NCBI GenBank assembly: GCA_002421665.1
Contig: DISH01000004.1
Span: 152,025 to 216,024, forward strand
Direction of reading: 5' to 3'
From: Candidatus Omnitrophica bacterium UBA6215
Lineage (GTDB): Bacteria; Omnitrophota; Gorgyraeia; Pluralincolimonadales; Pluralincolimonadaceae
Length of the DNA: 64,000 nucleotides
Shown here piece after piece: positions 62,780 to 64,000 of this stretch. The position numbers and the translations under genes are program-made. The number at the start of each line of letters is the position of its first letter. Position 1 is the first letter of the stretch. The notes below the pieces were generated by a model that did no database searches, was not told the DNA's origin, and was given only the letters and a program-made list of their open reading frames with translations.

Positions 62780-63222
62780 TAGAAGGTGTAAAGATAAAGA
62801 AACTTAAGGCTATTCCCGATGAGAGGGGAAAGCTCATGGAGATACTGCGCTGCGACGACGGGATCTTCGAGAAGTTCGGGCAGGTATATTTCACGACGGC
62901 ATTCCCGGGAGTGGTAAAGGCCTGGCATTTTCATAAGAAACAGGATGACCATTTCGTTTGCCTCAACGGCAGGATCAGGCTGGGCTTATACGATGCCAGG
63001 GAAGGTTCCGGGACCAAGGGCGAGGTCAACGAGTTCATCCTTTCCCTCGAGGACCCTTTTATGGTTAAAATACCCAAGGGGGTATACCATGGATTTAAAT
63101 GCGTAGCCGACGTGGAATCGATGATACTTAATGTCCCGACAATGCCGTATAACCCAAAGGACCCGGACGAATACAGGGTTGACGCCTACGACAACGATAT
63201 CCCCTTCGATTGGAGGAAATAA
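62776..63222 (+). CDS. dTDP-4-dehydrorhamnose 3,5-epimerase-like cupin (short RmlC-type)
   Basis: 148 aa; ERGKLMEI...KAWHFHKKQDDHFVCLNG and YHGF motifs. Confidence 0.75.
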   Translation: MIEGVKIKKLKAIPDERGKLMEILRCDDGIFEKFGQVYFTTAFPGVVKAWHFHKKQDDHFVCLNGRIRLGLYDAREGSGTKGEVNEFILSLEDPFMVKIPKGVYHGFKCVADVESMILNVPTMPYNPKDPDEYRVDAYDNDIPFDWRK

Positions 63223-63965
63223 TGGGGCTCAGGGGCGTTATCCTCGCGGGCGGCCTCGGGACCAGATTAGATCCCCTTACGAGGATAACCAACAAGCACC
63301 TTTTACCGGTATACGACAAGCCTATGATATATTATCCCATACAGACGCTTGTCGACGCGGGGATACGCGATATCCTTATTGTTACCGGAGGCAATAACGC
63401 GGGCGATTTCCTGCGTCTCCTGGGCAACGGCTCGGAGTTCGGCCTTAAGCACATCAACTATACTTACCAGCGCGGCGAGGGCGGGATAGCCGAAGCGCTC
63501 GGCCTGGCCAGGCATTTCGCGCAGGGAAACAAGATAGTGGTAGTGCTTGGGGATAACCTAATAGAGAAGAGCATAAAGAAGTATGTCGACGATTTTACCT
63601 CCCAGCCCGAAGGGGCAAAGATACTTCTCAAGAAGGTGCCCGATCCGGAAAGGTTCGGTGTCGCCGAGATCAAGGCTGGCAGGATAACCGGGATAAAGGA
63701 AAAACCGAAGTCGCCCAGGTCTGACCTGGCGGTCACGGGTATATATATGTATGACCCCAACGTCTTCGATATAATAAAACCGCTCAAACCTTCTAAGAGG
63801 GGAGAGTTGGAGATAACCGATGTCAACAATGAGTATATTAAACGCGGCGAGATGACATTCGATATCCTTGACGGCTGGTGGACGGATTGCGGGACTTTCG
63901 AATCGCTTTTCCGCGCCGGCAAGCTCGTAAAGGAAGGAATAAGGAGGAAGACCGGAAGCAGATGA
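63222..63965 (+). CDS. sugar nucleotidyltransferase (short RmlA-like glucose-1-phosphate thymidylyltransferase family)
   Basis: GVILAGGLGTRLDPLT G-loop; TAATG overlap with the upstream gene. Confidence 0.8.
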   Translation: MGLRGVILAGGLGTRLDPLTRITNKHLLPVYDKPMIYYPIQTLVDAGIRDILIVTGGNNAGDFLRLLGNGSEFGLKHINYTYQRGEGGIAEALGLARHFAQGNKIVVVLGDNLIEKSIKKYVDDFTSQPEGAKILLKKVPDPERFGVAEIKAGRITGIKEKPKSPRSDLAVTGIYMYDPNVFDIIKPLKPSKRGELEITDVNNEYIKRGEMTFDILDGWWTDCGTFESLFRAGKLVKEGIRRKTGSR

Positions 63966-64000
63966 AGATATTAGTCACGGGCGGCGCTGGTTTTATAGGT
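63962..64000 (+). CDS. NAD-dependent epimerase/dehydratase, N-terminal fragment (3'-partial at window edge)
   Basis: MKILVTGGAGFIG Rossmann start; overlaps the upstream stop (ATGA). Confidence 0.6.
   Translation, partial: MKILVTGGAGFIG

Overview
This 64 kb window comes from a moderately GC-rich bacterial chromosome (well above 50% G+C by eye). It is densely packed with mostly plus-strand housekeeping genes: ptsH-ptsI, PGI/PMI, metK-ahcY-fba, lptF/lptG/comF on the minus strand, a rubrerythrin/flavodiiron/rubredoxin O2-detoxification cluster, zupT, uppP, a PP2C phosphatase, rRNA methyltransferases, a glycosylation cluster, VIT1-zur-znuACB, radical-SAM genes, miaB-miaA-hflX, hrcA-grpE-dnaK-dnaJ, accD, a MalK-like ATPase, two GAF-GGDEF cyclases, ROK kinase, tal, lptD, ugd and rml-like genes. 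Five things stand out. (1) A ~5.4 kb strongly AT-rich island at 36605-41980 carries a Gabija-like two-gene module: an OLD-family ABC-ATPase/Toprim nuclease (696 aa) translationally coupled to a UvrD-like SF1 helicase (790 aa), followed by a small HTH_17 protein. It sits between a radical-SAM gene and miaB with no integrase or tRNA visible. (2) A REP-associated tyrosine transposase (RAYT) is flanked by inverted 40 bp REP copies. Further copies of the same REP family lie in the dnaK-dnaJ spacer, as a 60 bp perfect hairpin, and in-frame inside the miaB coding sequence. (3) miaB continues past its TRAM domain into a hydrophobic helix, TPR repeats and a SPOR domain with no intervening stop. (4) A 52-aa rubredoxin gene missing from the ORF track completes a rubrerythrin / FprA / rubredoxin / NADH:rubredoxin-reductase cluster. 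(5) A GIY-YIG nuclease ORF has no canonical start codon. No tRNA, rRNA or CRISPR array was found.
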